NCBI GenBank assembly: GCA_950097015.1
Contig: CATNEN010000029.1
Span: 5,704,001-5,768,000 of the forward strand
Reading direction: 5' to 3'
Source: Macrostomum hystrix
Taxonomy: Eukaryota > Animalia > Platyhelminthes
Length of the DNA stretch: 64,000 nucleotides
A model generated the notes under the pieces. That model did not search any database. It saw only the letters and a list, made by a program, of their open reading frames with translations, and was not told the origin of the DNA. Every line of letters begins with the position of its first letter. Position 1 is the stretch's first letter. Positions 1 through 12,342 of this stretch are shown here, piece after piece. The position numbers and the translations under genes are program-made.

Positions 1-59
1 GATCGTAGCTTGTCTTAGCTCCTATCTCGGCAGTGTAAATTTTAGCCCTTCTAATAATA

Positions 60-404
60 ATAATAAGAATAATTGCTGAAGGGCAGTGGCACATCATTTG
101 GTGACACTAGACCCGCAGCCAGCGAGGAGGCAATTCTGCAAATTTCGCTGACTCCTGAGCACACTCGCACACAGAACTGTACACAGGCATTCGCTCACAC
201 AGGTGTGTACGTCTGCCCTGACTTTCTCATCGTACCTTGCATGGTCCTCTTGAGGATGGCCCCCAAGGGCGTAAATTGCACGACAAGCCCCCAAACCTTT
301 TCTCCGCGGCTGCGCCCCAAATAAATGTGACCTCGCCGCGGAATCGAGCTAAGGGACATTGGTCCGAGAGGCGAACGCGTTAACCGCACTACCACCAACC
401 CCCT
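60..404 (-). mobile_element. tRNA-derived SINE, family A, near full-length copy
   Basis: The reverse complement starts with a tRNA-like head (GGGGTTGGTGGTAGTGCGG A-box-like; AGCTCGATTCC B-box-like), is collinear with the copy at 18015-18345, and ends in a (TTA)n tail. Confidence 0.75.
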
Positions 405-904
405 TTAGTCCTTCTAAGTTTCTACTTACGGATCCGCAAGCTTTATAGAACGGGCCATCAACTTTATCAACAGCACCGCAGGCATCTGAATTGATGCACC
501 AGTTTTTTGCATCGACAGAAAAGAATACATAATTTTTGTAATTTGATAAAAAGCATCTTTGTGTACTCTTAGAATATCAAGATTTATTCAACATCATAGT
601 TAGAAAGTACAAAACGTTACAGATTTATACGAGCCGTACTTTTGTAAAGCATGAGCACACTCAGAGAGATTTCGCTGTCAAAGACTATCAATAAAAATGT
701 ACCTTTTACGAGTATAACCCGTTCGAATCCTGTTTCGTGTTTGAAACTAAAAACTTTTTTTTTCAATTCAGTGCGTGCAGCGCCAAATAGGTGGGCATTA
801 AATTATGAATGCTACATTCACATGTCAGCAAGTATAATGCAAAAAAGCCATTTCTATAATAAGGGCTTAGGTTAAAATTGTCACACTTTTACAGAAAGTT
901 CGAG

Positions 905-3664
905 TCAGTTGGCGCTCAGCTCGGACGGTCTGAACACGACGCTGCCGCTGTTAAAGTACTCATCAATAGTCTCGTCCAGGTCCAGCATCATGCGGATGAC
1001 GCACGGCAGTAGACAGATAAAGCCGGACATCACGAGGCGCTCTGAGCCAGTCACCTTTGCGATGTAGGACTCGTGCTTCAGCTGGAACGGCTGGTCCTCG
1101 CGCAAGGCTTCTTTGATGCTGTGGATAATTTGGAACATCTCCTTCTTGCGCTTCAGCTGCTCCTCGTTCTCGCCGCCAACCCTAATCTGGGCCAGCGGGA
1201 AGGAGATGCTAGTCTCGATGATGCGAACAGATTTGCCGATGCCTCGCAGAGTTTCGAAGTACTGCTCGATCAGCTTGCCGTCTGGCGAGTTGGTCTTCTC
1301 GCGCTCGTACAAGTCGATGACCTCCTTTGGGCACTTGATCGCCACCATGCTGTTATTGCGCAACAGCTTCAAGAAGTTGATGAGGCTGGTTAGGCTGGCC
1401 TCGTACTTGGCCTCGACCTCGCGCAGCTTCGGCCCGCAGCCTGTCTCCGGGTGCTGCATGAAGGTCAACTGGAACTGCTTCACAAGGCGCAGCATTCGGT
1501 AGCTCTTTTCTGGAAACGGGATTCGGTGCGAGATTCTACGTGAGATCAATCAGTGACGTAACTATAGACGAAGCCTTTTGTTAGATTTTGTTAGACCTGT
1601 CGATTAAGAGTCCGAAACTCTAACCATTGGGCTACTACCTCCCTCTTAGTAGGAATCGCACGATGCTGTTGTCAGATAAAAATGTTGCCTGAGTTTTTGA
1701 GAGAATGGAATTACATGGAAAAGTTGGTTCACAATGACACATGCAAGCGAAAATGGCCAGATAATAATACCCATACGAAGTTCAAAATAGCTTTACTACT
1801 GTGAGTAGGGAGGTATAGGGATACAATTAATACAATATTAATTGAAATTTCTGCTCACCGTTTGTAGCCATATCGTACGGCTGCGGCATGACACCTTCGA
1901 GCCATTCCGCCTCAACTTTTCTTAGCTCTGGCGGTGACAGATGAATTTTGAGCTTCAAAGAAGTGACCTCCAGCTTCTTCATGGCTACCTGAGTGACGAA
2001 GCATTCGACAAAGAAGCGCTCTAAGCGGCCGGACTCGTAGTCTTTCTGCAGGCGCTGCAGGGCGCTTAGGCTGGACGGGCATACAATGCACAGGCACTCT
2101 GACGGTGATAGAGAGAGGGAGAAAGGTAAAGTACAGGTAGTATTGTCTATGGGTTTCAGAAAGAAAGAAAAAAATTGCCTTTTTATGGTAATGAGGAGTT
2201 CATTAGTCACTGTGGCCATAGACATTTAAGCAAAAAAACTGACTATTGAGCTACATTCATAGGTGGTCTTTACCATAGACACTAGAAGTTAACCAACTAA
2301 AAGCAGTCGGGGTCTTCTTCTTTTCTTAACTTAGCTTCAGGGTGGTCAATAGACACAGCGGAGAGGCGAGGGTGATGGCGCTGGGCCGGTCAGGGTGGTC
2401 CGCCGGTCCTTCCTGCAGCGTGTTGTCTTCCGTATAGGGAAGAACGTGGCTCGTCTAGCCGCCGGGAGGAACTGGACGAGCCGTGGGCTGCCAAACTCGG
2501 GTATTGAGCGACCCCGGTGACTCGGGGTCGCTCAATAGCCAAAATAATTAAACTCACACTTTACGTTTTATTTATTCGCTTTCTTACCTTAAAATTTTGT
2601 TACATGAGAATCGATGAACATCAATTAGGATGTAAATATTTTCTTGTGTTTACTTTGTTAAATTTAAACATCTTCGACAATGCGTTTGTTATAACGACTG
2701 TTTTAAAACTAGAGATTTTAGGTGATTTCTAAGTCGTTTAACGGCTAAACGATATTATAGATGTATCGACCATTCCTGCTAATTTTAGCTGCAGGGGCTA
2801 CTCCACGGAAGGTCCTTAACAGCGGGACTGGAGAGCATGCTATTGATTGCTTATACCTGCCTAGGACACAGCCTATTCTCATTCAGGCATCGCATTGTTC
2901 CAGAACTTTGCGACGCAGAACAGTGGCTCCTTAAAGAGCTATTGAACAGTGGCCGCGCAGTCTGTGGAAAGTACAAGTACGATTATAGCGCCAGACTGGG
3001 TGTGGACTAGATGAAAAGTTACTTTCTGTATTCAGAATTTATTAAATGTTTAAAAATAGTCAAGTCTTGCTCAGCGTCCAACTGAGTAAATCATCAATTC
3101 GATGAAGCTTTTGATCAAATAAGTGGTTCTGTAAACCTGACAACTCACTATCAGTGAAGTACTCGATGGTGGTGTCTTTCAGCGTGTTCCTCTTGTCAAA
3201 GAAGCCCTTCAGCTTGTGCAGCTCAGTTTTCTCCAGCATGGTGGCAAACCGGTCGGACAGGTTCACCAGGAAGTACTGCCGTGAGCCGAACTGCTCCGGA
3301 TTCACCGCTTCCGCATCGAAGATGTCCAGGTGAATTGATACTTCGCCTATGGGGATTAGGAATAGACAGGATGTTGGAAAAAATTTGACGAGAAAAGGAA
3401 ATAGCTTTGTGTGTCCTTTGTTGTCAAAGGATTTTCTGTGGTAAGTGCAGTGGAACCAGCATTGGAAAAAATCTGTGTCTAATGCCTGAAAATTAATTAT
3501 TTATATGGAAGAATTCGTCTGTAGAGTTCAAAGATCAGAACTCTTTCTGGAAATCAAATCACACATTCAGAATCGCACACTGGACATTTAAATGAAACGC
3601 ACAGCGCGCTTGCCTCACCTGTCTTCCGATCGTAATATGGTCTTCTGCCATCATTGCCGGCCAT
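905..3664 (-). CDS. Multi-exon protein with a TRADD-N-like domain and an uncharacterised ~200-aa C-terminal domain (putative immune/death-pathway adaptor)
   Basis: Hand-built exons 3664-3619, 3346-3149, 2098-1859 and 1509-905 have GT/AG ends and all junctions are phase 1. One small exon near 2770-2970 is unresolved. Exon 2098-1859 reads ECLCIVCPSSLSALQRLQKDYESGRLERFFVECFVTQVAMKKLEVTSLKLKIHL, which resembles the invertebrate TRADD-N-like motif (recognised from memory, not searched). Confidence 0.55.
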
Positions 3665-4867
3665 AGTGACTATGTTGTTAAAATTATGAAATCTGCACTA
3701 TTAAGACTTGCTCTGCAATCCGGCAAGCGAGACGGTTGTAAACAATCTCGAATTATAGTCCAAGGAATGAAGCGAAACTAACAAATTGTGCGCTACTGAA
3801 ATAGAAAACTATTATGAATTAGAAGGGCGGAGAGAGTAGCACTAGACTCTATTGCTGCGAAGGAAGAGAGTTACGTAGATTTATATTTAAATACTAGCTG
3901 TAGCGAAGGGCTGCATATAGTCTTCCAATCCCCTGAGCTATAGGCACCGCTGACTACCCCACCTGAGCCATGCAGTCTTTCCTTTTCTAGTCGTACCTCT
4001 CTTCATCTTGGAGACTATTTGAGCTCAACTCTCACACAACTCAGAGCTTAGCAGCGACTACAAATACCAAGCGGTGTGGTCTATACCAGACCACAGCGGC
4101 GGGCTGCACCCAATCTGGCTTATTTTTTCAATTCTATCTCTATTTGATGGGGCGTCGTCGAGTAGACAAATGGTCCGAGGTGCTCTTTCTTCAGCCTATA
4201 CCAGGCATGTCATAAATTTTCCATTAGATATCTGTCCACTTATAGCTACGTGGGGTACATAAAAAGACAGCTGGACGTTATATCTAGTGCCGCTTCTCGA
4301 GTCGGACTACTGTGCATGGAGTCTATCTAATTCAACGTTAAAGGGTGGGTCCTCGAAGCATTACTTGTCCAAGAGCCTATGAGAGTCAACCTGACAGCGT
4401 AAGGAATGCTGCAGGGAGAGATCCACCTCATACACTAGATTTCATGTCGCCAATTCCATTATTTTTTCTCGCACTTAGTTTTTCAGTTTTGTCTGCGTTT
4501 GTTTTAATGGGTTCTTTGATGGAAAAGAGGCATCGTGATGCTTCTTAATTGTTTGCGACAATGTTTTCGTCGCATAATAATTAGCGCTTACTAATTTGTT
4601 TTGCGATGATGTACGCTCGACCACTTTGCAAATTCGTACCATTTGCCGATAAGTGTCCTATAGATAGTATAGACTATTTGCTCCTATTGACCATAATTAC
4701 ATTTTACTATAAACTATGGAATCTTCTCAACAGTGGAAATACCAAGCTATTCCCCCCCCCTGAGGAAAGAACACGGCCGTGGGGTATTTCAAATACCCAC
4801 TGCCTATTCCCGATAGCTCCCAAACGAATGACTGATTTTTCGTAAAATTCCACCATCTGAATCTAAA

Positions 4868-6345
4868 TTTTCCACCCCGTGGACTCCCGTGTGGACTATG
4901 CGCCAACGAGACTTGCAGTCGCGTAAGATAGTTCGGGCTTGCCCACCGAGCAGTTAGTTGGAGGCCCAGGCCTTGACGTTGTTCGGAAGTGTGGAGTAAT
5001 AGTTGTCCTCCAGCAGAAGGCGGAGTTCCACGGAGTTCTCAAGATGGAAAAGGCCATCTTGAGATAGAGGGCGGCCAGATCAGTTCAGACCAGACCAGAC
5101 CAGGATCTTGGCCAGGGGGGACAGGAAGGAGATATGGCGGTGGGATGTCCCTTCGTCCTGGGGTTTGCCGTCTTTGAGCAGGTGGCAGATCAGGGACTTC
5201 TTCCAAACAGCCGAAATTTCTTTATGATGGAGGGAGCTGTTGAGCAGACTGAGCAGTGCCAGGTTGGCCGTCGGTCTAAAATGCTTGAGGAGCATCGGGC
5301 AGAGACCATCCGGTCTGATGGCTTTCGACGGTTTTGAGTCCTTGATGGCCTTCAAAAATGTTCGAGAGAGAAAGTAGCAATGGGAGAGTCTCTCTTCGGC
5401 AGGGCCGCAATTTTGCGGTGGGTAACTCGCATTTGAGGGTCGGAACGGTGCAGCCTGGGTCTAGTTAATTGCTTGTTGAGTAAATAAGCGGCTTCTTGGT
5501 CGGAAGTGGTTGGAGCACCGTTGAAACAGAAAAACAACAGAAACAGATGCTAGGGGCGGCACTGGGGCGCCCTGCTGGACGTTTGATGGTGGCCCAGAGT
5601 TTGGCCGAAGGCGCTGGGCTTCTTTCATGCGCAGTGAGCAATTCGTTCCAGCGGAGACGTTTTTCAGATTCAAGACGCGCCGAGATGTTGGTTTGTAGGA
5701 CAGCAACCCTCGGTCGCAGGTGTCGTCCGCCCGCAACCGGTCGCGCTCTTCGATGAGCTGCCGTACGTCACCTGGGCACGGAGACGGATTTTGCTTTTTG
5801 AAGCGTCCTTCAGGAATAGCGATCTTCATGGCCTTGTGGACGAAGGAGCAGAATATTTTTTCGGCTTTGTGCACCGAGGCGTCTGGTTGGAAATTATCGA
5901 CAAGGGATTCCAGCGTCGTGGTGAAAATCTCCCAGTTGGCTCTTCTGAAGTTTATGAAACATCTGCGTCGGCATAACCACCGAGGGTCGACAGGATCGGA
6001 AGGTGATCGATCGCTAGAGAGCGTGGGGAGAATGCAATAGTCGGCTCCAAGCAGCATGGACTGGTGGACAACAGTAATGTCCGGCGCCGAACTGGGTCCA
6101 GCGCTAGGTTTTCTGGATAGATTCAGGACCGACAGGAAGTCGAACGGCGAGCGCTCGACCTGAGACGCTAGTTGGTCGCCGCGAGGGGTCGGTTCGAGCT
6201 CGGATTCCCATTGTGGTGGGCATTCCAGCTACCGCAGATAAAGGTCGGCGGGTCGCTGAAAAGGCTGGAGATATCTGGAGCGTACCCTGCCTGGCAGCTA
6301 CTAACCGGAGGCAGGTACGTGTTATGGAGACGAAAATAGCGGTCT
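4868..6345 (-). mobile_element. Degenerate non-LTR retrotransposon (APE endonuclease plus N-terminal RT; Jockey/I-like), truncated and frameshifted
   Basis: Minus-strand translation gives APE motifs (HNTYLPP, ICGSWNAHH, PDIT, LSSDRSP), the linker FRRANWEIF, and RT motifs (KAIRPDGL, WKKSLI..LLKDGK, HRHISFLS, KMAF, TGVH) spread over several frames with stops. Confidence 0.85.
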
Positions 6346-6653
6346 GCCAGTTTGATTTTACCGGCACATGAAAAAATTATAAAATCAATTAACGCTCTGG
6401 ATTTCGGAGAAATCGTCAGCGAGGGTGCAGTTTAATCCTAGTTTAGTTTCTTGGACAATGTGTGGCCTGAAAGTGCTAGTTTTTCTAACTACATAACAAC
6501 GAAATCTAAAAAACGACTCTCCGACAAAATTAAGACATTCACAAAAAGCGTTGTGAGAGGGAGAGAAGAAGGAAAATATACATGTATTATTAAAAGACTT
6601 ATTCTGCCCGCGCATAACTACTTAAAACGAGTAATGCTGGGCGCAAACATCTA

Positions 6654-7606
6654 CACATTTTTCCATTCTATTTTGGCAATAGTGCAATCAAAGTAAAAAT
6701 CTTTTCATTCAATTCAGACAGTTTATGGTAGTTCTTGGCCGGAAGTGCATTCAATTCCGACAAATGTGCTTTCAAAAGCGACAATTTTCAAACAAAGCAA
6801 ACAAGCTACCACGAGAAACCGTGCAATCAATTCAAACAATTTCGCAATCAATTCCGACAGTTGGCTATGAATTGGCTTTTTCTGTCCTCCTATCTATGGC
6901 TCATACAGCGAAATTTCCAATCAATTCCGACAAATTTCAATCTATTTAGACAAGCCATTGGAGTACATACTACATGTACTGTACATTTACAGCATATTTC
7001 AAAATGCAACAGGACAACTAAAACTGAAACAGTCAGCAGAGTTCATGAGGTTCATAAAGATTCAGCAGTCAGATTTTAGCCATCAATCGGCACTTCTGCA
7101 ATGCAGCGCGGTACATAAGTCAGACAATGGTTGTACCAAGCCGTGCAGCTGGCTCCGGTGACGACGTTTACAGTACTATTCGTTACTCCCTCAAGCATTT
7201 CACGCCGATATGCTGCTTTGGTTCGTCCAGCAAGAGCTTGCTGGTCGGGGTTCAGAAAGGCGTCGATGTTTGTGGCTAGCTCGACTTTAACCGCAGCCTT
7301 CCAAGCCGATATCGCATTCTCGACGGGTGTCAGGAATGGGCTATAGGGAGGCAGGCGTCGCATCTCGATAACTCCAGGAAGTTCATAGCCAACTGTCGGA
7401 ATTGATTGCGAAATTGTTTGAATTGATTGCAAAGTGTCGGTTTCTCGTGGTAGCTTGTTTGCTTTGTTTGAAAATTGTCGCTTTTGAAAGCACATTTGTC
7501 GGAATTGAATGCACTTCCGGCCAAGAACTACCATAAACTGTCTGAATTGAATGAAAAGATTTTTACTTTGATTGCACTATTGCCAAAATAGAATGGAAAA
7601 AGGTGG
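6654..7606 (-). mobile_element. Non-autonomous Tc1/IS630 (DDE_3) DNA transposon deletion derivative with ~220-bp TIRs
   Basis: 6654-6871 and 7382-7606 are inverted repeats (one 6-nt indel), flanked by TA at 6652-53 and 7607-08. The internal 7076-7380 region encodes a transposase C-terminus, LPPYSPFLTPVENAISAWKAAVK. Confidence 0.9.
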
Positions 7607-7626
7607 TAGAGCGTCTGTGGAGGTTG

Positions 7627-8370
7627 CTATAGCCCTCTACGCAGGACAATCTTGGTCCAGTCTGGGCTATTCTCCATCGGCTCGTTCACTCTGGCGTCGA
7701 TGTACAGCAGCAGGACGCAGCGCCGAAGCTTGCTGTTGTACAGCAGCGACTTCACGCTGGCCATGCGGGTGGCGCGGCCGAGGCACTCCAGCAACATCGG
7801 CGCCTCGGTCACTTCAGCCTGGCAATAGAAGCCGTTGTAGGTTCGCCTGTCAAAGACGGTCCGCTGCCACCAGGTGCTCATCGAGGCGGCCGAAGAGCCA
7901 ACGTACTCGCAGACGAAGCCGTACAGTGTGGCACAGCTGATGTCCGTGAGCTTCACTAGCGAGCCTGGCATCGCACGGACACAGTTCTCGCCGGGCATTC
8001 CACTCGGCTCGTTGGTGTACCATTTCGAGCGATCATCCGGAGAGACTGGGTTGCCAGGGGCAACCGTGCGCCAGCCGGAGCTGGAGTTGCCCGTCTTATT
8101 GGACAGGTCGGTCACGCCAACCCACAGGTTGCAGTCGCACGCCACTGCATCAGGTGCAGTCTTGATTGAGAATACTGCACTAGGCGTGCTGATCAGTCGA
8201 CCATCGATTAATGCGCACTGCTGATTGGCCGAGCAGCAGGTGTAATTCTGGCCAGCCTGGACGTACAGGCACCCTATGCTAGTCGAACTGTACGGCGAGG
8301 GACCCGAAGCTGAGACAGCGGCCAAACAAGAAACATAGAACAGGAAGAATAGTGCGACTAGTTCCTTCAT
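7627..8370 (-). CDS. Secreted C-type lectin domain protein with a C-terminal PAN/Apple-like module, single exon, 247 aa
   Basis: Hydrophobic signal peptide; CTLD motifs LWVG, W...EPS...ENC, LTDISC and FVCE; C-terminal C..EC...LYNSKLRRC. Confidence 0.85.
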   Translation of the reverse strand: MKELVALFFLFYVSCLAAVSASGPSPYSSTSIGCLYVQAGQNYTCCSANQQCALIDGRLISTPSAVFSIKTAPDAVACDCNLWVGVTDLSNKTGNSSSGWRTVAPGNPVSPDDRSKWYTNEPSGMPGENCVRAMPGSLVKLTDISCATLYGFVCEYVGSSAASMSTWWQRTVFDRRTYNGFYCQAEVTEAPMLLECLGRATRMASVKSLLYNSKLRRCVLLLYIDARVNEPMENSPDWTKIVLRRGL

Positions 8371-8494
8371 TGCCAGGCGCCAGGTAACTGTACAATGACA
8401 AGCTCCTGTGGATTATTGAGAAGGAACATCTGACAATTGAAAATGCTTCTGTTTACTTGACTTATAGCCTAGTTAGCTCTGAATGCACAGCCAG

Positions 8495-8590
8495 CTGCAA
8501 TGTGTCCATGGACAACGGGCCACAACACACGCCCAAATGTCTACCCTAGTTAATGCTGGTACCAATTTTACGACTGGGTGAACTGAAGCA
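8495..8590 (-). mobile_element. Fragment of SINE family B
   Basis: GTCCATGGAC...GGTACCAATTT..ACTGGGTGAACTG is shared with 40541-40730 and 58130-58345. Confidence 0.45.
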
Positions 8591-10516
8591 CTATTATCTA
8601 ACAAGAAGTAATACTAAGATTATCACTGTGCATATACTCGTACTATGCTATTGATGCAACTCACCAATTAGATTTTTTAGTCCTTATCTCTCGATTATAA
8701 ACACACTTTTGTAAAAGAGGGACAACTCAATCGCCTAAATTCGCTTTAACAATTAATGATGGAGCTAGTAAAGTTGATTGCTATTGGCTAACGAATCAGT
8801 GCTTCTAAGAAGGATTGAGCGAACAGGAAACTGCGGAATGGAGCCAACTAAAACAATTAAAGTCATTTCCGAATTTGTCTAAGGATTTCAATTTTCATAT
8901 AAAACTGAAATCCTGGGGTATCTGTGATGCTTGTCAGCTACCGGAGAAAAGAAGGTAACCATGGAAACTGGACGCTTTCCGCTTAAACGAAGCAATTCTG
9001 AATGCATTTATTGTTCAGTGCACTCACATGATGGCTGCACTTCTGACTTTTCCCAATAAAATAAGTTCACAAATCTTTTTTTTGTTACGGATGCCTGCTC
9101 CGTTACGAATAACTGTGACTGTGACAAGCTAGGATTATTACGAATTACGAATAATCCTAGCTTGGCCACTTAATTGTTGCCACTTGCGTACTTTAAATTG
9201 AAGTACATATTAACATGTACAAATAAATAGAAATGTAAATTAAAACGAAGTTTCCGTTGTAGCTAAATCACAGGAACTACAGTCCCTGCTTAAACAGGTA
9301 CCGTTTCATAGTCGAAATGGTCAATAGATCTCTAACCCTAAAAAGTATGCACTAAATTAAAGAGTACATGCATGGACGAATTATATGTGCCGTGATCGAG
9401 CTGTATTCAATTATTCTATAGTAGAATTAAATACATAACATCTAGAGATTATTTACCTTACAATCGCAATTGTATCAGCACATCATGACTAGTCAAGCTG
9501 TTGCCATAGCGACATAACAGAAAAGTTTCCCTCTAAATAGAGTGTGCAGCGCCAATAAACTAAGACCATGCATTGTCTACCAGTCTAGTATGTGCACCTA
9601 TAGACCACCAAGTAAACATTGAGTAGTCCGTGCAAGTGGCAACAAGTCACATTCAATAGGACGATTACAAAAAGATGAGTACGTCACACTCGACTCTTGC
9701 CCATCGATAGTTTTCGTTCGGCGCGGTATGGCCCCCCGAGCTCCGGAGCTCGACACTATATACATCAGCCCACTACGCCTAGTGACAGCTAGAGCCCGCT
9801 CGCCTCGGCCGCCAACAGCGCCAGGGCTGCTTCCGATCGGCCCTGCATGCTACCTAGCTCGATCAACAACAGCCTTGACGATGCCGCCAGAAGACCGAAC
9901 TATTCACGAAATTGGTTGCCGCGAGGCGCTGCGTGCAGTGGATCGACAGTGATTTGTTGTAAATGAAGGCGGTAATTCCTGAACTGCATTTCATTTCAGA
10001 AATACAATTAAGGCCGCGTCGAATGAGAATGCGAGGCTTCGATTACGAAAGCAATGGGTGCGTCTGACTAAAGTTGCGTCAGCATGGAAGTGGATGCCAG
10101 TGCCGGTTTTACACACTAGAAAGGGAGGCGTCAACTCAATTCAGGCTTCAACTGGATTATTGGCTTCTCTCTTATCCTCTTTCGAGGCCGGGAGATTTAG
10201 GTGCAGATTCAAAACACAAGCCGCCACAATGCACAAATAAGTGTTTTTTGCCAATTCTAAATTGAAATGACAAGAATAGAGAGCACTGCGTAGTGACAAG
10301 ATAAAATCTCGCTTTTTATATCTTACTTTTTTATCTCGTCGTTAACGTTCACGTCTTACGAGTATTAATAATCTGAAAACGATTAATGTTTTCTTGGAAC
10401 TACTTTTGCACGCAAAGTTACTAGTCAGTTACAAGGTTGCAACTGATTGATTATTATTGATAATGGTTGATTTAAAAACGTTTATAATTTACAATTTTAT
10501 ACTTAAAAGAACAGAA

Positions 10517-11359
10517 GATCCCGGGCTTCTTGAACTTTGATCCTTAAAAATACTTAAGGTTTTCCGATTGACTTAAAGCTTCACCCACCCACAGTGGGTT
10601 GTTAACTGGCTTTCTAGTGTAGCTTACCTGTAACTTTAAACAATATGTATGTAAAGTAGTTGGTAAAAGTTTGCTTATAGTATTTTATGAAAAAGAAGAT
10701 TAAAATTAGTCTGATTTTACCAAATTTTATTAACAATAAATATCCATGAACTAAAGTATCAAAAATATCACTCATGATCTTCATTGCAAGAATCTAGTTG
10801 TTGCTGTCATTTGTAATAATTTTCATGGTGTCTGATTCATATATATTTTAATTTTGGATAGGATTCTACACATAAAAGACCCCAGACCTACCTTATAATA
10901 ATTAATAAATATAATTTACCCAACCCAAAACCTTTCAATCACAATGTTCCACTAGGTATGGTATTAGGCCCCTACTATATATCTGGGTAGGCTTAGGCCT
11001 AGCCACAAAAACCTTTATGCCCATCCTATAATATATATAATTAATCTTTAATAGGTCCCCTTGACTCTATTGAAATTTAATCCTATTTATTTGCCATTCT
11101 CAAACAACTAAAATACCCAACCAACCAAATATTTTACAAAATTTTAAATTTTTAATATGCTAGTACTGTGTGGTAAAGTGTGGTCATCCTGTGATAAGGA
11201 AGTCATTCCATAGAAAGTGGAATGTGAGTGTAAATAAAATAAGACAAAATGGTTTTCTTTTTTTAAACTCAACACCCCTAAAAACCTTTGTAGAAATATT
11301 TTTCAATCTAGTAAAAGTGGAACTATTTTATAGGATTAAAGTTCAAGAAGCCCAAGATC
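10517..11359. mobile_element. Candidate AT-rich MITE bounded by a 27-bp inverted repeat
   Basis: GATCCCGGGCTTCTTGAACTTTGATCC (10517-43) is the reverse complement of 11333-59 with 3 mismatches. No TSD was resolved. Confidence 0.4.
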
Positions 11360-11630
11360 CTTCCTAGGCTCAATTAATAAGTTGAATATCGCCTCATTGA
11401 CATGGACACAGTTTGATAAAGACAATTTAAATTTACTCAGTGGAACCATGTAATGGTAGCCTATTGAATATTGAGATAGAAAGTATGTTCTGAATGGAGG
11501 GTTGCTGAAAAATGTATATACAAACACAAAAAGTTGTTATAAACTCTTTTGGCATAGTTTTGGTTTCCCACTCAAAATTATTTTATCAGTTTTAAACACA
11601 CTCTTAATTTCCAATCAATGTAACCTTAAC

Positions 11631-12037
11631 AGTACCTAGACATTTTGTCATCTTACAACTTTGTAATCCAGATGACGGTCTGTCTAATATCTTAGAGGGT
11701 GGATGACAAGACTTATACTTGTGCACACCTTTGTCATCTATAAAACAAAAGTTTTTAAAGTTAGAACAGAACCACCCTCCTGACCCCTCCTCACATCGTG
11801 TTGGCACCTAGCTTTCAGCTCTTATAATGAAATCAGTTTTGACACCTCTTTTGACAATTTTAAGTGTGAAGTGTGTTCACACCTCAGCCCCACCAACCCA
11901 CCCATACTTTATTGATAATGAACTTGATTGCTTGTTATTAGTAGATGCCGACGAACTGACCAAACTTTAAAGCATGCCAATCGGCTGGATGATGAAGAGT
12001 CCTACCTTCAAAGTGGATGACAAAGTGTCTAGGATCC
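11631..12037 (-). mobile_element. MITE with 8-bp TSD, copy 1
   Basis: TIRs (A/G)GTACCTAGACA..GTCATC; TSD ACCTTAAC at 11623-30 and 12038-45; reverse-complement homolog of 37246-37683. Confidence 0.85.
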
Positions 12038-12342
12038 ACCTTAACAACCCAGCATTATGCATTATAAATAATTCAGGTGCTTTGTAAGGGATTGAAAGGC
12101 ACATTTTCATTCCACCTTTCACATCTAACTGAACTTGTTACTATGTGTCTAAAGCCTGTTTCATATCAGAACTTTTATTTTGAACTTTTATCTATAATTT
12201 AGTTTCATTTAGCTTGCCTATTCTAGAGGAATTCCTTCACCATTGGTGATTTTAAGTCACAAATTACCAACCAGGAATTTCACAGTGGAATTTTCTATTA
12301 TGGCATAGTCTGGCCATAGCCATGCATTCTTTTCATCTGCAG

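Noticed and set aside
6725-7534. Mirror-image ORFs MVVLGRKCIQ / MAGSAFNSDK
   Set aside because: They arise from the transposon TIRs and GTG/ATG start calling; only the 7076-7380 transposase remnant is meaningful.
9728-10265. Candidate first exon of the PNPO-like gene
   Set aside because: No ATG plus donor combination that I tested gave the phase-0 junction required at 12343.
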